Assembly: GCA_046154735.1 (NCBI GenBank)
Contig: JBJXFJ010000108.1
Span: 1 to 54,265, forward strand
DNA: 54,265 bases
From: Chloroflexota bacterium
Lineage (GTDB): Bacteria > Chloroflexota > UBA6077 > JACCZL01
Direction: 5' to 3'
The notes below the pieces were generated by a model. It was not told the DNA's origin, did not search any database, and saw nothing but the letters and a program-made list of their open reading frames with translations. Below, piece by piece: positions 45,847 through 54,265 of the stretch (position 1 is the stretch's first letter; the number at the start of each line of letters is the position of its first letter). The translations under genes and the position numbers were made by a program.

Positions 45847-46145
45847 CACCAATGCAGAACGTCCGATCGATTATTCACCGCCTGTTGATGAAGCTCGGTA
45901 TTCGTCACTACAGACTCTTCTTACTGCAACAAGAAGGTCAGATCTTAGCCGGCGGTATCGAATGCGTGTCAGGATTCGTACTAGACGAGACCGGTGCCGT
46001 CCATGGATTCTGGCTCGCTTATGATGAGCGGATCGAGCAATATGTGTTGCAACCATTCTTTGCCGTAAACGAACCTGCTCTCCAGTTCGCCAACGATCCG
46101 GAATATCAGCAGGCTTGCTTGATGATGTCCATTCAAGCGACCTGA
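45843..46145 (+). CDS. small hypothetical cytoplasmic protein, translationally coupled to the lipoprotein gene
   Basis: ATGA stop/start overlap at 45843-45846. It encodes 100 aa with no signal peptide and no recognisable family. Confidence 0.5.
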   Translation: MTPMQNVRSIIHRLLMKLGIRHYRLFLLQQEGQILAGGIECVSGFVLDETGAVHGFWLAYDERIEQYVLQPFFAVNEPALQFANDPEYQQACLMMSIQAT

Positions 46146-46243
46146 GCGCGGCTCGCTCGCCCAGCGATGTCCAAATCTCGACACCGTGGTATCAGCGAAG
46201 GTCAACAGCAGGTCTGTTGACTGACTTCAGGACGGCGGCGTAG

Positions 46244-48184
46244 ATGGACCGGTTGCGATTGCAGCCCAGAGGAAGGCTTCCGCAAAAGCCTCTGTACGCA
46301 TATCATGTTCATGGGGAAATCGGCACAGGCTCATTCACAAGCCAGTCGGGGCTGTCCGCCCCTCACCGATTGGAGCCGCGCAAGGTGCTGGGTTACCAGA
46401 AACTATCGATTCTCACGGTTGCCGCGACGTACGCGCTCATCGTCATTGGCGGAGTGGTGCGCGTAACGGGATCCGGTTTGGGCTGTCCGGACTGGCCCAC
46501 CTGCCATGGGCAACTACTGCCTCCCCTGGAACAAGCGGCACTCATTGAGTTCACACACCGGTTGGTTGGAGCCCTGGTCTCGCCGCTGATATTGGCAACT
46601 ACTGCCGGGGCGTGGATCTGGCGACGCTCGGATTCGGCAGTGCGCCACACGGCTACCGCCCTGCCACTGCTTCTGGCCGTTCAGATCCTGCTAGGCGCAG
46701 TTGTTGTCTGGCTCGAGCTCCCCGGCATGGTGGTGCTCGTACACCTGGGGTTCGCAATGGTCATTCTGGGCGGTCTCACCTGGGTAAGCGTGCTTTCCGG
46801 GCCGGCCCCTCACGTGGCTATCTCGGACGCTCCTTCACTCACGAAGTTTTACCGCCTGGCCCGAGCAGGCATGGTCGCCACCTTTCTGCTCGTCCTCCTC
46901 GGTGCACTGGTACGTGCCCAGGGGGCAAGCTGGGCGTGCACTGGGTTCCCCACCTGCAATGGATCGTGGCTTCCCTTTGGCTCGAATCGGTTCATTGATA
47001 TTCATCTCACTCATCGTCTGTTTGCCTATCTTGTGACGGCGCACCTCATCGTCATCGCAATACGAGCCCTGAAGCTGAAGGGACTTGATCTGTCTCTACG
47101 TCAGCTCGCCGTCGCGGTGGTTCTGCTGGCATTTGTGCAAATCGGCATCGGTGCCGTGGCCGTCTCCACGGGCGTTGGCGCGTTAAGCCAAGCACTCCAC
47201 CTCGCCGGCGCAGCCGCGGTGTGGATGGCCACTGTGGCCCTCACCGCGCAGGCGTATGCCCGCGTGCGGGGATTTCCCGCTGCATCAGCATCGCTGAGCT
47301 CGCCCGAGACGGCGAAGCCGAGGAGCATCGTCGCGGCATACATCGGTCTCACTAAACCTCGAGTGATGTCGCTTCTGCTTCTCACAACGCTGGCTGCGAT
47401 GATGATTGCTCAAGGCGGGATGCCGCCGCTGCCACTTGTGTTGTGGACACTTATCGGTGGGGCACTGGCCTCCGGTGGCGCATCAGCGATCAACTGCTAC
47501 TTTGATCGAGACATTGATCTGCTCATGGATCGCACAACGACCCGCGCAATACCCTCAGGGCAGATTAGTCCGAAGCGGGCTCTTACCTTTGGAATCGTGC
47601 TGGGAATTCTGTCGTTCGCAATTTTGACGACATTTGCGAATCTTCTCGCCGCGAGTTTAGCACTGGGCGCGCTGCTCTTCTATGTTGTGATTTACACCCT
47701 CTGGCTAAAGCGCTCATCGCCGAACAATATCGTCATCGGGGGAGCGGCCGGGGCGGTCCCCCCACTCGTGGGCTATGCCGCGGTCGCCGGCCAGCTTGAC
47801 CTATTGGCCATCTACCTTTTCGCCATCATTTTCTTCTGGACACCACCACACTTCTGGGCGTTGGCGCTGCTCATGCAGACGCAATATCGCCGCGCCGGAA
47901 TACCCATGCTGCCGCTTGTCTTTGGCGAAACGGAGACTCGTCGCCAGATCGTGCTCTACAGTATTCTCGTCGTGGCGCTCACCCTCATCATTTTCTCGGT
48001 CCGACTGCTGGGCCCAGTCTATCTCCTGGGCGCGGCCACCCTTGGAGCGCTACTCCTTTACTATGCGATCAAGCTCTGGCGGGACGCGACAACCGATTCC
48101 GCTCGGCAAATGTTCAAGTTTTCAATGCTCTATCTGGCGCTCTTATTCACCGTCATGGTGATCGACCGTCAGGTCATACTCTGA
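46244..48184 (+). CDS. fusion of heme A synthase (CtaA/COX15) and protoheme IX farnesyltransferase (CtaB/heme O synthase)
   Basis: The N-terminal half has RVTGSGLGCPDWPTCHG and FTHRL...H-rich TM helices (COX15). The C-terminal half starts near AAYIGLTKPRVMSLLL, with NCYFDRDIDLLMDRT and FFWTPPHFWALAL (UbiA-type CtaB). Confidence 0.85.
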   Translation: MDRLRLQPRGRLPQKPLYAYHVHGEIGTGSFTSQSGLSAPHRLEPRKVLGYQKLSILTVAATYALIVIGGVVRVTGSGLGCPDWPTCHGQLLPPLEQAALIEFTHRLVGALVSPLILATTAGAWIWRRSDSAVRHTATALPLLLAVQILLGAVVVWLELPGMVVLVHLGFAMVILGGLTWVSVLSGPAPHVAISDAPSLTKFYRLARAGMVATFLLVLLGALVRAQGASWACTGFPTCNGSWLPFGSNRFIDIHLTHRLFAYLVTAHLIVIAIRALKLKGLDLSLRQLAVAVVLLAFVQIGIGAVAVSTGVGALSQALHLAGAAAVWMATVALTAQAYARVRGFPAASASLSSPETAKPRSIVAAYIGLTKPRVMSLLLLTTLAAMMIAQGGMPPLPLVLWTLIGGALASGGASAINCYFDRDIDLLMDRTTTRAIPSGQISPKRALTFGIVLGILSFAILTTFANLLAASLALGALLFYVVIYTLWLKRSSPNNIVIGGAAGAVPPLVGYAAVAGQLDLLAIYLFAIIFFWTPPHFWALALLMQTQYRRAGIPMLPLVFGETETRRQIVLYSILVVALTLIIFSVRLLGPVYLLGAATLGALLLYYAIKLWRDATTDSARQMFKFSMLYLALLFTVMVIDRQVIL

Positions 48185-48209
48185 CGCCCCGCGTCATAAG
48201 GATTCAACA

Positions 48210-48500
48210 ATGGTGCTGAACGCCAAGGCCATGGAGTGGGCCGCCGGATTTGGAATCGACTCGGCGAAGCTCAAGAGCGCGAAGGTCAAGATCTTTGGAA
48301 AATGGTACTTCCCCGATATTCCCGCGAATCAGCGGCTCGTCAACTTACAGACTGGTGAAGTTGAGACATTCGTGGCAGGCCTGCGGGCCGGGACCATTCT
48401 CTACGTTCTCGAGGATGAGCTGAAACAGGCAAAGCTCGGACCGTTTGGCGAGCCCGCCGCGGAGACTCCCCCACCAGACAAGGCGGCCGAGCCGTCCTGA
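48210..48500 (+). CDS. hypothetical small protein
   Basis: ATG with AAGGA 7 nt upstream. It encodes 96 aa and sits between ctaAB and the SCO1-like gene. Confidence 0.5.
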   Translation: MVLNAKAMEWAAGFGIDSAKLKSAKVKIFGKWYFPDIPANQRLVNLQTGEVETFVAGLRAGTILYVLEDELKQAKLGPFGEPAAETPPPDKAAEPS

Positions 48501-48550
48501 CGGCCATCATCCGCGCATCACGGCTTTCCTGGAAGCACATTGGCGCACTC

Positions 48551-49117
48551 GTGCTTGCCCTCTCAGTCAGTATGGCGTGCCAGCGCGAGCCTGAGCTCCC
48601 CTCCTACTGGTTAGCACCAGATTTCGACCTCATCGATGAAACCAGTACGCCCTATCGTGGAGCCGACCTGGCGGGTCGCGTTGCGCTGGTGAACTTCATC
48701 TACACGAGCTGCGCGGATACTTGCCCGCTGCTCACGGCCAGCATGAAAAGGGTCCAAGAGCGCCTGGTGGCGGAAAGGCTATTACCAGGCAAGGTCATGC
48801 TGCTGTCCTTTACCGTGGATCCAGAGCGTGATAGCCCGGCCGTTTTGAAAGACTACGGTGAGCGCGTAGGGGCAACGCCTGATGGGTGGAAATTCCTTAC
48901 CGGTGATCGCGCAATGCTGGAAGCCACCCTGCTCCAGGGATTCAAGCTCCCGTTTCGTGGACCCACGCCAGCGGGCCCACTGAAACCAGGATTTGAGATC
49001 ACCCACACGAATCGCGTGCTCCTGCTTGATCGATCCGGAATGATTCGAGGCTTACTGAATGGGGAAGATCTAGACGTGGATCAGGTGGTGCGCTCAATGA
49101 AGCGTCTGGCAGCCTAA
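48551..49117 (+). CDS. SCO1/SenC-family copper chaperone (thioredoxin fold); true start probably upstream and non-canonical
   Basis: CxxxC motif FIYTSCADTCPLL and a conserved His region (ITHTNRVLL). The first canonical start (GTG 48551) leaves a truncated signal peptide. See the finding at 48497-48553. Confidence 0.75.
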   Translation: MLALSVSMACQREPELPSYWLAPDFDLIDETSTPYRGADLAGRVALVNFIYTSCADTCPLLTASMKRVQERLVAERLLPGKVMLLSFTVDPERDSPAVLKDYGERVGATPDGWKFLTGDRAMLEATLLQGFKLPFRGPTPAGPLKPGFEITHTNRVLLLDRSGMIRGLLNGEDLDVDQVVRSMKRLAA

Positions 49118-49169
49118 CTTGGGTGACGAGCACTCAACTCTCTGAATTGCGGTGTCATATCTTGAATGG

Positions 49170-49592
49170 CTACGCCAACTGAAGCATTAAGAAAATCACC
49201 CACCCCGTCACGACGACATAGCCCCAGATGGGCGCCGCGATACGCGCAAGTGGGCGGTGACGATCGAATCGTCCGCGCAGTGCGAAATACAGGACAACCA
49301 GAACAAGTGGGCCGAGAAGTGTGGCAAGAATTGTGTGGCTGACCAGAATCACCAGATACACGATCCGTACAATTCCCTCGCCCGCGAATATCTTCGGCTC
49401 AAACATGATGTAGCGGATGACATAGATGATGAGAAAAAGTGCCGCGAAGAGCGTTGCCGTCAGCATACTGCGCCGATGCCCATCAATCTCCTTGCGACGA
49501 ATCAAGATCAGGCCACGGAGCAGGAACACGCCGCTTATTGCGATCAACACCACGTCTATCAGTGGCAGCCATTGAGCCATGAGCTCACGCAT
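49170..49592 (-). CDS. DUF420-family membrane protein
   Basis: Four TM helices with H-containing segments (IDGHRRSML, ILVSHTILATL), typical of DUF420. Start set at ATG 49592 (GAGGA 10 nt upstream). The ORF-track start 49688 overlaps the divergent ABC gene. Confidence 0.65.
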   Translation of the reverse strand: MRELMAQWLPLIDVVLIAISGVFLLRGLILIRRKEIDGHRRSMLTATLFAALFLIIYVIRYIMFEPKIFAGEGIVRIVYLVILVSHTILATLLGPLVLVVLYFALRGRFDRHRPLARIAAPIWGYVVVTGWVIFLMLQLA

Positions 49593-50595
49593 GCACAGCA
49601 CTTCCTCACAGGATTCAGCGAGCGTCGACGGAGCACATCGAGTTGCGTCCGACGGACCCATTCTATCCAACCCAGGTGGATCTGCCATTTATGTCGAGCA
49701 TCTGCGGAAGATGTACGGCACGCATGAGGCTGTCGCCGATATCTCATTTGACGTCTCCACGGGGAGCATCTTTGCCATACTGGGTCCAAACGGTGCCGGT
49801 AAAACGACCACGGTGGAGATTCTGGAGGGGTATCGGAATCGGGACTTGGGTGCTGTGCACGTGCTCGGACTCGATCCAGCTCGCGATGCGGCCCAGCTCC
49901 GAAATCGTGTAGGCGTCATGCCCCAGCAGGGCGGCGTCTATCCGCAGCTCCGGCCGCTAGAAGCGCTGCAGCTCTTTGCGAGCTTCTACAGCAACCCCCG
50001 TGATCCCATGGAGCTCATTCAGGAGGTTGGCCTCGAAGATGCGCTCAAGCAGCGCTACCGCTATCTCTCAGGCGGACAACAGCAGCGTCTCTCGCTTGCC
50101 CTGGCACTCGTCGGCCGGCCTGAGCTTGTGTTTCTCGATGAGCCCACAACCGGCATGGACCCACGGGCCCGACGCGCTACCTGGGACACTATCAGAGGCC
50201 TGCGTGATGAGGGTGTCACCGTGGTAATCACCACCCATCTGATGGACGAGGCAGAACAGCTTGCGGACGATGTTCTGATCATCAACCATGGACGTGTGGT
50301 GGTGAGAGGCTCACCGGCGTCGCTCATGGCATCCACCGGCAGTACGCTTGTCCGCTTTCGCACCAGCACGCCACTGGATCTCGATGCACTGAGTCGGCAC
50401 ATTCGGCAACCTGTGCGATCGATTGAACGCAATGCCTACGATATCGATGCAACGCCAACGCCTGAGCTCATCTCGGCGCTGAGCCGGGGGCTTGAGGAGC
50501 AGCACGCTCTTCTCTCAGAGCTGCGGGTAGGAAACCCGTCACTTGAAGAGGCGTTCCTGGAGCTCACACAATCGATCTCCGAGCCAGCTACATGA
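49579..50595 (+). CDS. ABC transporter ATP-binding protein (ABC-2/DrrA-like)
   Basis: Walker A GPNGAGKTT, signature LSGGQQQRL and Walker B LVFLDEPTTGMD. The start is ATG 49579 or 49591; no clear SD. Confidence 0.85.
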   Translation: MSSRMHSTSSQDSASVDGAHRVASDGPILSNPGGSAIYVEHLRKMYGTHEAVADISFDVSTGSIFAILGPNGAGKTTTVEILEGYRNRDLGAVHVLGLDPARDAAQLRNRVGVMPQQGGVYPQLRPLEALQLFASFYSNPRDPMELIQEVGLEDALKQRYRYLSGGQQQRLSLALALVGRPELVFLDEPTTGMDPRARRATWDTIRGLRDEGVTVVITTHLMDEAEQLADDVLIINHGRVVVRGSPASLMASTGSTLVRFRTSTPLDLDALSRHIRQPVRSIERNAYDIDATPTPELISALSRGLEEQHALLSELRVGNPSLEEAFLELTQSISEPAT

Positions 50596-50697
50596 TTGCT
50601 GGTCGCCGGTGCGGCGCTGGAACAGTGTCTCAGACCTCTCGCAGACCACACCCAGTGCAGTGCAAGCTCTAATCCAGGCCTGCGGCGGGCGAGCCGC

Positions 50698-51438
50698 ATG
50701 AACGGCTATTCATTGCTGCTCTCGGCTGTGCGGGCGCAAACCGTGATGGAGCTACGTCTTGCCTTCAGGCGGGGTGAGAGTGTCTTGCTTACGCTCATCG
50801 TCCCGCCCGTTCTGCTCGCATTTCTGGGAACGATGGGCCCCATGACGAGCATCACCGAGCGATCGCTCGACGCGCTCGTCCCGGGCATCGTGACGCTCGC
50901 GGTAATCTCAAGCGCCATGGTGAGCCTTGGAATCGCCACAGCATTTGAGCGCTACTATGGCGTACTCAAGCGGTTGGGAAGCACCCCACTTCCCCGCGCC
51001 GGCTTAATCGCGGCCAAGATTTGTGCGGTGCTGGTACTTGAGATCGTTCAGATTGCGATCATCGCGGCCATTGCGGGATTCCTGCTTCACTGGCATCCGC
51101 CAGCCGGCTGGTGGCCCGCGGTGCCGGTGCTGATAGTGGGCACATTCTGTTTCGCTTCTCTGGGCCTCTTCATGGCCGGCACGCTCCGGGCGGAAACAAC
51201 GTTGGCCCTGGCAAACGGTCTCTATCTGCTTTTCCTCCTGGCCGGGGGATTGGTGCTGCCGATTGACTTTCTGCCGGGGTGGCTCCAGCTCGTGGCATAC
51301 GGACTCCCTGCCTACGCCATGGAGTCCGTTCTCAGCGCCGCGCTGCTCCAGGGATCATACGGAGATTCGCTGCCCCTATTCGTGATCTGGTCGGGAGTAT
51401 CACTGGCCGCCGCGGTACGCTTCTTTCGCTGGGAATAG
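50698..51438 (+). CDS. ABC-2 type transporter permease
   Basis: Six-TM ABC-2 permease-like product starting MNGYSLLLSAVRAQTVMELRLAFRR. The alternative TTG 50596 directly follows the ATPase stop. Confidence 0.75.
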   Translation: MNGYSLLLSAVRAQTVMELRLAFRRGESVLLTLIVPPVLLAFLGTMGPMTSITERSLDALVPGIVTLAVISSAMVSLGIATAFERYYGVLKRLGSTPLPRAGLIAAKICAVLVLEIVQIAIIAAIAGFLLHWHPPAGWWPAVPVLIVGTFCFASLGLFMAGTLRAETTLALANGLYLLFLLAGGLVLPIDFLPGWLQLVAYGLPAYAMESVLSAALLQGSYGDSLPLFVIWSGVSLAAAVRFFRWE

Positions 51439-51573
51439 ACCTCCGAAGCAACTCATTCAAGACGAATTCTGACACCCATTGCTGAATTCCAGATCGACAA
51501 GTCAACTCTCATTGCTGGATTGAGGGACTGGTCCCGATAATAGCGACAGTTCTCGACCAATTCATGGGAGCGT

Positions 51574-52293
51574 GTGAGCGTAAACTTCTCTATGCATGTC
51601 ATCCGGAATGCCTCACTTATCCAGAACAGAGTCCGCATAGCCAGTGCTGCACACCTCGTGGCACTCGTGAGCTTTACCGGCGGCCTGTTTCTTTCACGAG
51701 ACCAGGAGAATCTCTGGGTGGTCTATTCCACCATGGTGCTTGGCCTCGGACTCTATTCATTGGGCCAGCATTTCTTGCGTCGATGGGGTCCGCGCTACCG
51801 CTACGATGGTTTAATCGTTCAAGCGCTGAAGGGTCTGGACAAACGGTATACCTTTGGCGCGTTCATTGATCCAAAACTGCCTGATTACATCGTCATTGGC
51901 CCCCAGGGTATCGTGCCGCTTGTTGCCCGGCCGCAGGGCGGAACGATTATCTGCCGTTCTGACAAGTGGTCACGCGAGCGAGGGCGCTGGGGAATCCTAT
52001 CGAGCATATTTGGACCCGCACTGAAGAACCCAACTGTTGACGCGCGCCAGGCATCCGCACAAGTCCAAGCGTTCTTGACAGAGCGTCTCGGCGCCGAGGC
52101 GATGGAGGGTGTTCCCATTCTACCGACGGTCGTATTCCTCAATTCTCAAGCCCGACTGCGCATCGACGGTACGAGCGTTCCCGTGATCACGGCCAAGGAG
52201 CTCCGCACACATCTGCGCAAGGGCAAACCCGCCATTGCAACCAGGCAATCTGACGCAATTGTGGCGCTGTGGCAATCACTCGCCAAGGTGTGA
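51574..52293 (+). CDS. membrane-anchored NERD (nuclease-related) domain protein
   Basis: Two N-terminal TM helices, then LIVQALKGLDKRYTFGAFIDPKLPDYIVIGPQGIVPLVARPQGGTIICRSDKW, the NERD pattern. Confidence 0.65.
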   Translation: MSVNFSMHVIRNASLIQNRVRIASAAHLVALVSFTGGLFLSRDQENLWVVYSTMVLGLGLYSLGQHFLRRWGPRYRYDGLIVQALKGLDKRYTFGAFIDPKLPDYIVIGPQGIVPLVARPQGGTIICRSDKWSRERGRWGILSSIFGPALKNPTVDARQASAQVQAFLTERLGAEAMEGVPILPTVVFLNSQARLRIDGTSVPVITAKELRTHLRKGKPAIATRQSDAIVALWQSLAKV

Positions 52294-54265
52294 CCTGCAG
52301 GGCTCTTGTTATCGCGGTTGGCATCGTGCTCACCGTGACCATTGGGCTCGCTTCATGGCACCGTCCGACACCGCTGCTCACTGAGCGACTAACCATCAAG
52401 GTTACCAGCGCGAGCGCGATCACGTCGGTCATGAATTCGATCTCTGAGCGCGGACTGGGGGCAGCCGCGTCTCTTGCACCGCTTCCGTTGATTGACCTAT
52501 TCGCGCGCCCAGACCAGCCGGGGCGCGTGCAAGCGATCGTGGAGCAGTTACCAGACGTCCTCCAGGTCGCCATCAGTGTTCAGGTTCGATCTCAGATCAC
52601 GCCCAACGACCCGCTGTTTCGTGATTACCAATGGGATCTTCGAAAACTGGAGATGGAATCCGTCTGGGAGCTGTCACAGGGTGATCCAAGCGTCATTGTG
52701 GCGGTACTGGACACCGGAGTTGATCGCGGGCACCCCGATCTTGCGCCGAACCTGCTCAGTGGATTTGACTTCGTGAACGATGATCCGGATCCATCCGATG
52801 ACGGTACGCATGGCACTCATGTGGCGGGGATCATCGCCGCCGTGGGCAACAACAGTGAGGGTGTCACGGGCATGGCGCCGCGAAGCCGGATTCTGCCCGT
52901 AAAGGTGCTGGATGCGCAGGGTTTGGGGCCCGACGTGGCCGTGGCCAAAGGCATCATCTACGCTGTTGAGCAGGGAGCTCGCATCATCAATGTGAGCTCC
53001 GGCACACCGTTTCCATCCCTGGCACTCAAGGAAGCCGTTGAGTTTGCTGATCGGCGCGGAGCACTGGTGGTGGCGGCGGCAGGTAACACCGCTGAGCGAG
53101 ACAATGCGGTGGTGTTCCCCGCGGCCTACCCGCAGGTCATTGCCGTGGGCGCTCTGGATGAGCGAGATGCGCCTGCCCCGTTCTCACAACGGCAGCCTTA
53201 CGTGGCGATCTCAGCGCCGGGCGTGAATATTGCCAGCACCATTTGGCGAGCGGGGAACAATGGCGCCGCGTATGGCTCGGGCACGGGCACATCAGCCGCG
53301 GCGCCGCACGTGTCCGCACTGGCCGCGTTGCTCTGGTCAGCCGATCCCCGTCTCAATAAATCCGACATTCGCCGCATTATGCTGGACACGGCTGATGATC
53401 TCGGTCCGGCTGGTCGGGATGAGGCCACCGGAGTGGGCCGGCTGAATCCGAACCGAGCCCTACGCAGTATTGATGCGTCGGTCCGCCGCCCGTTGTCAGA
53501 GACGCGCGGATCTATCGAGCCGGCTCAAGCGCCATCCCCACCCGCACCGGCGCTCGCAGCTCCACTCAGGCCGGTGACGCCACCCTTGGTGGGCGGCCCC
53601 GCTATTGCCGGCCCACGCCAGTGGTTCTTTGCGGACGGCCGCACCCGTGACAATGCCGAAACGCGCGTGGTGCTGTTTAACCCCAGCGAATCGTCCGTTT
53701 CTGGCCGGATAGCCTTCACTACGAGCGACGGTCGCGTGAGCCAGCAACCGATTCGGGTTGATCCCTTCGGGCGTCTCACGATTTGGGCGAACGACGTTGT
53801 TCCCGATAGTGATTTCTCAATCAAGATCGACGCGGACGAAACGCTCTACATTGAACGCACCGTCCTTTTCGGCCATGACGCGTCAACCGTGGCCGCCGTG
53901 CGCAGCCCGTCCACCACCTGGTATTTCGCAGAGGGTATAGCGGACGACGTCTATGAGACGATCCTGGTTATCACGAACCTGGAAAAGCGGCCCGCGCAAA
54001 TCTCGATTCGCACCTTCTCTGAAGGCGGTCCACAGCCGGAATTCCCGATCACGCTGCCTGAAGGCGGTCGCGTGGCACTTCAGCCGTCCCGAGTGGCGGG
54101 GGATGGGGCGTTTTCTACCATCGTCTCCGCCGATGTCCCGGTACTCGTGGAACGCGGTGTCTATTTTGACGGCGGCCGCGGTGGGGACGCGAACTCCGGC
54201 ACCAAAGCACCTTCTCGCGTGTGGTACTTTGCTGAAGGTGACACGCGTGGGGATTTCAACGCGAC
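52290..54265 (+). CDS. S8-family (subtilisin-like) serine peptidase with N-terminal membrane anchor and C-terminal repeat domains; 3' end outside window
   Basis: GTG 52290 overlaps the NERD stop (GTGTGA), with anchor ALVIAVGIVLTVTIGLA. Catalytic triad: VAVLDTGVD, DGTHGTHVAGIIAA, SGTGTSAAAPHV. Then ~100-aa repeats each begin W(Y/F)FA(E/D)G. The frame is open to the window end and is not listed in the ORF track. Confidence 0.85.
   Translation, partial: MTCRALVIAVGIVLTVTIGLASWHRPTPLLTERLTIKVTSASAITSVMNSISERGLGAAASLAPLPLIDLFARPDQPGRVQAIVEQLPDVLQVAISVQVRSQITPNDPLFRDYQWDLRKLEMESVWELSQGDPSVIVAVLDTGVDRGHPDLAPNLLSGFDFVNDDPDPSDDGTHGTHVAGIIAAVGNNSEGVTGMAPRSRILPVKVLDAQGLGPDVAVAKGIIYAVEQGARIINVSSGTPFPSLALKEAVEFADRRGALVVAAAGNTAERDNAVVFPAAYPQVIAVGALDERDAPAPFSQRQPYVAISAPGVNIASTIWRAGNNGAAYGSGTGTSAAAPHVSALAALLWSADPRLNKSDIRRIMLDTADDLGPAGRDEATGVGRLNPNRALRSIDASVRRPLSETRGSIEPAQAPSPPAPALAAPLRPVTPPLVGGPAIAGPRQWFFADGRTRDNAETRVVLFNPSESSVSGRIAFTTSDGRVSQQPIRVDPFGRLTIWANDVVPDSDFSIKIDADETLYIERTVLFGHDASTVAAVRSPSTTWYFAEGIADDVYETILVITNLEKRPAQISIRTFSEGGPQPEFPITLPEGGRVALQPSRVAGDGAFSTIVSADVPVLVERGVYFDGGRGGDANSGTKAPSRVWYFAEGDTRGDFNA

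Overview
This is a 54.3-kb, visibly GC-rich bacterial chromosomal segment, densely coding on both strands (about 55 protein genes). I found no rRNA, tRNA, CRISPR array, transposase or integrase.

Gene content from left to right:
- A ChrA tail, then an SDR gene bracketed by inverted copies of a 179-bp palindromic repeat.
- A PdtaS/PdtaR-like HisKA_2 kinase plus ANTAR regulator, then DedA.
- A ~1.2-kb stretch of gene remnants and evenly spaced hairpin repeats.
- PBP2, PFK, and a ParA-like ATPase overlapping ftsZ.
- Polyprenyl synthase, TatD and RsmI.
- A guaB3-guaA-purD-purB-purC-purS block behind a promoter plus terminator-hairpin leader.
- A hisS-like-hisG-hisD-hisC-hisB operon followed by a PHP phosphoesterase.
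- ComF, an atypical LuxR regulator, and an alkylation-repair operon.
- GNAT, GH5, AKR, an epimerase, a CbpA/CbpM-like pair and a BON protein.
- An RpiB-transaldolase-PGI triple fusion, and a lipoprotein plus small-ORF pair.
- A CtaA-CtaB fusion with SCO1 and DUF420, and an ABC-2 exporter.
- A NERD protein coupled to a membrane-anchored S8 protease, cut by the window end.

The most striking candidate system lies at 32014-35327. An ECF sigma factor overlaps a cytoplasmic anti-sigma gene. The anti-sigma HxxxCxxC (ZAS) domain is fused to an O6-alkylguanine methyltransferase domain and an Ada-type Cys4 zinc module. A second MGMT::Ada-Zn protein and AlkA follow. I read this as a possible alkylation-sensing sigma/anti-sigma switch.

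Other points worth a second look:
- The palindromic repeat family, whose central loop is flipped between copies.
- A 72-bp-period hairpin array inside a gene graveyard.
- The ParA-like/ftsZ translational coupling.
- The guaB3 leader hairpin.
- Several multi-domain fusions.

The taxon cannot be assigned without a search; the gene content is compatible with a Chloroflexota- or Actinomycetota-like lineage. All calls come from reading the supplied translations and the DNA by eye. No database search, HMM scan or folding calculation was run.
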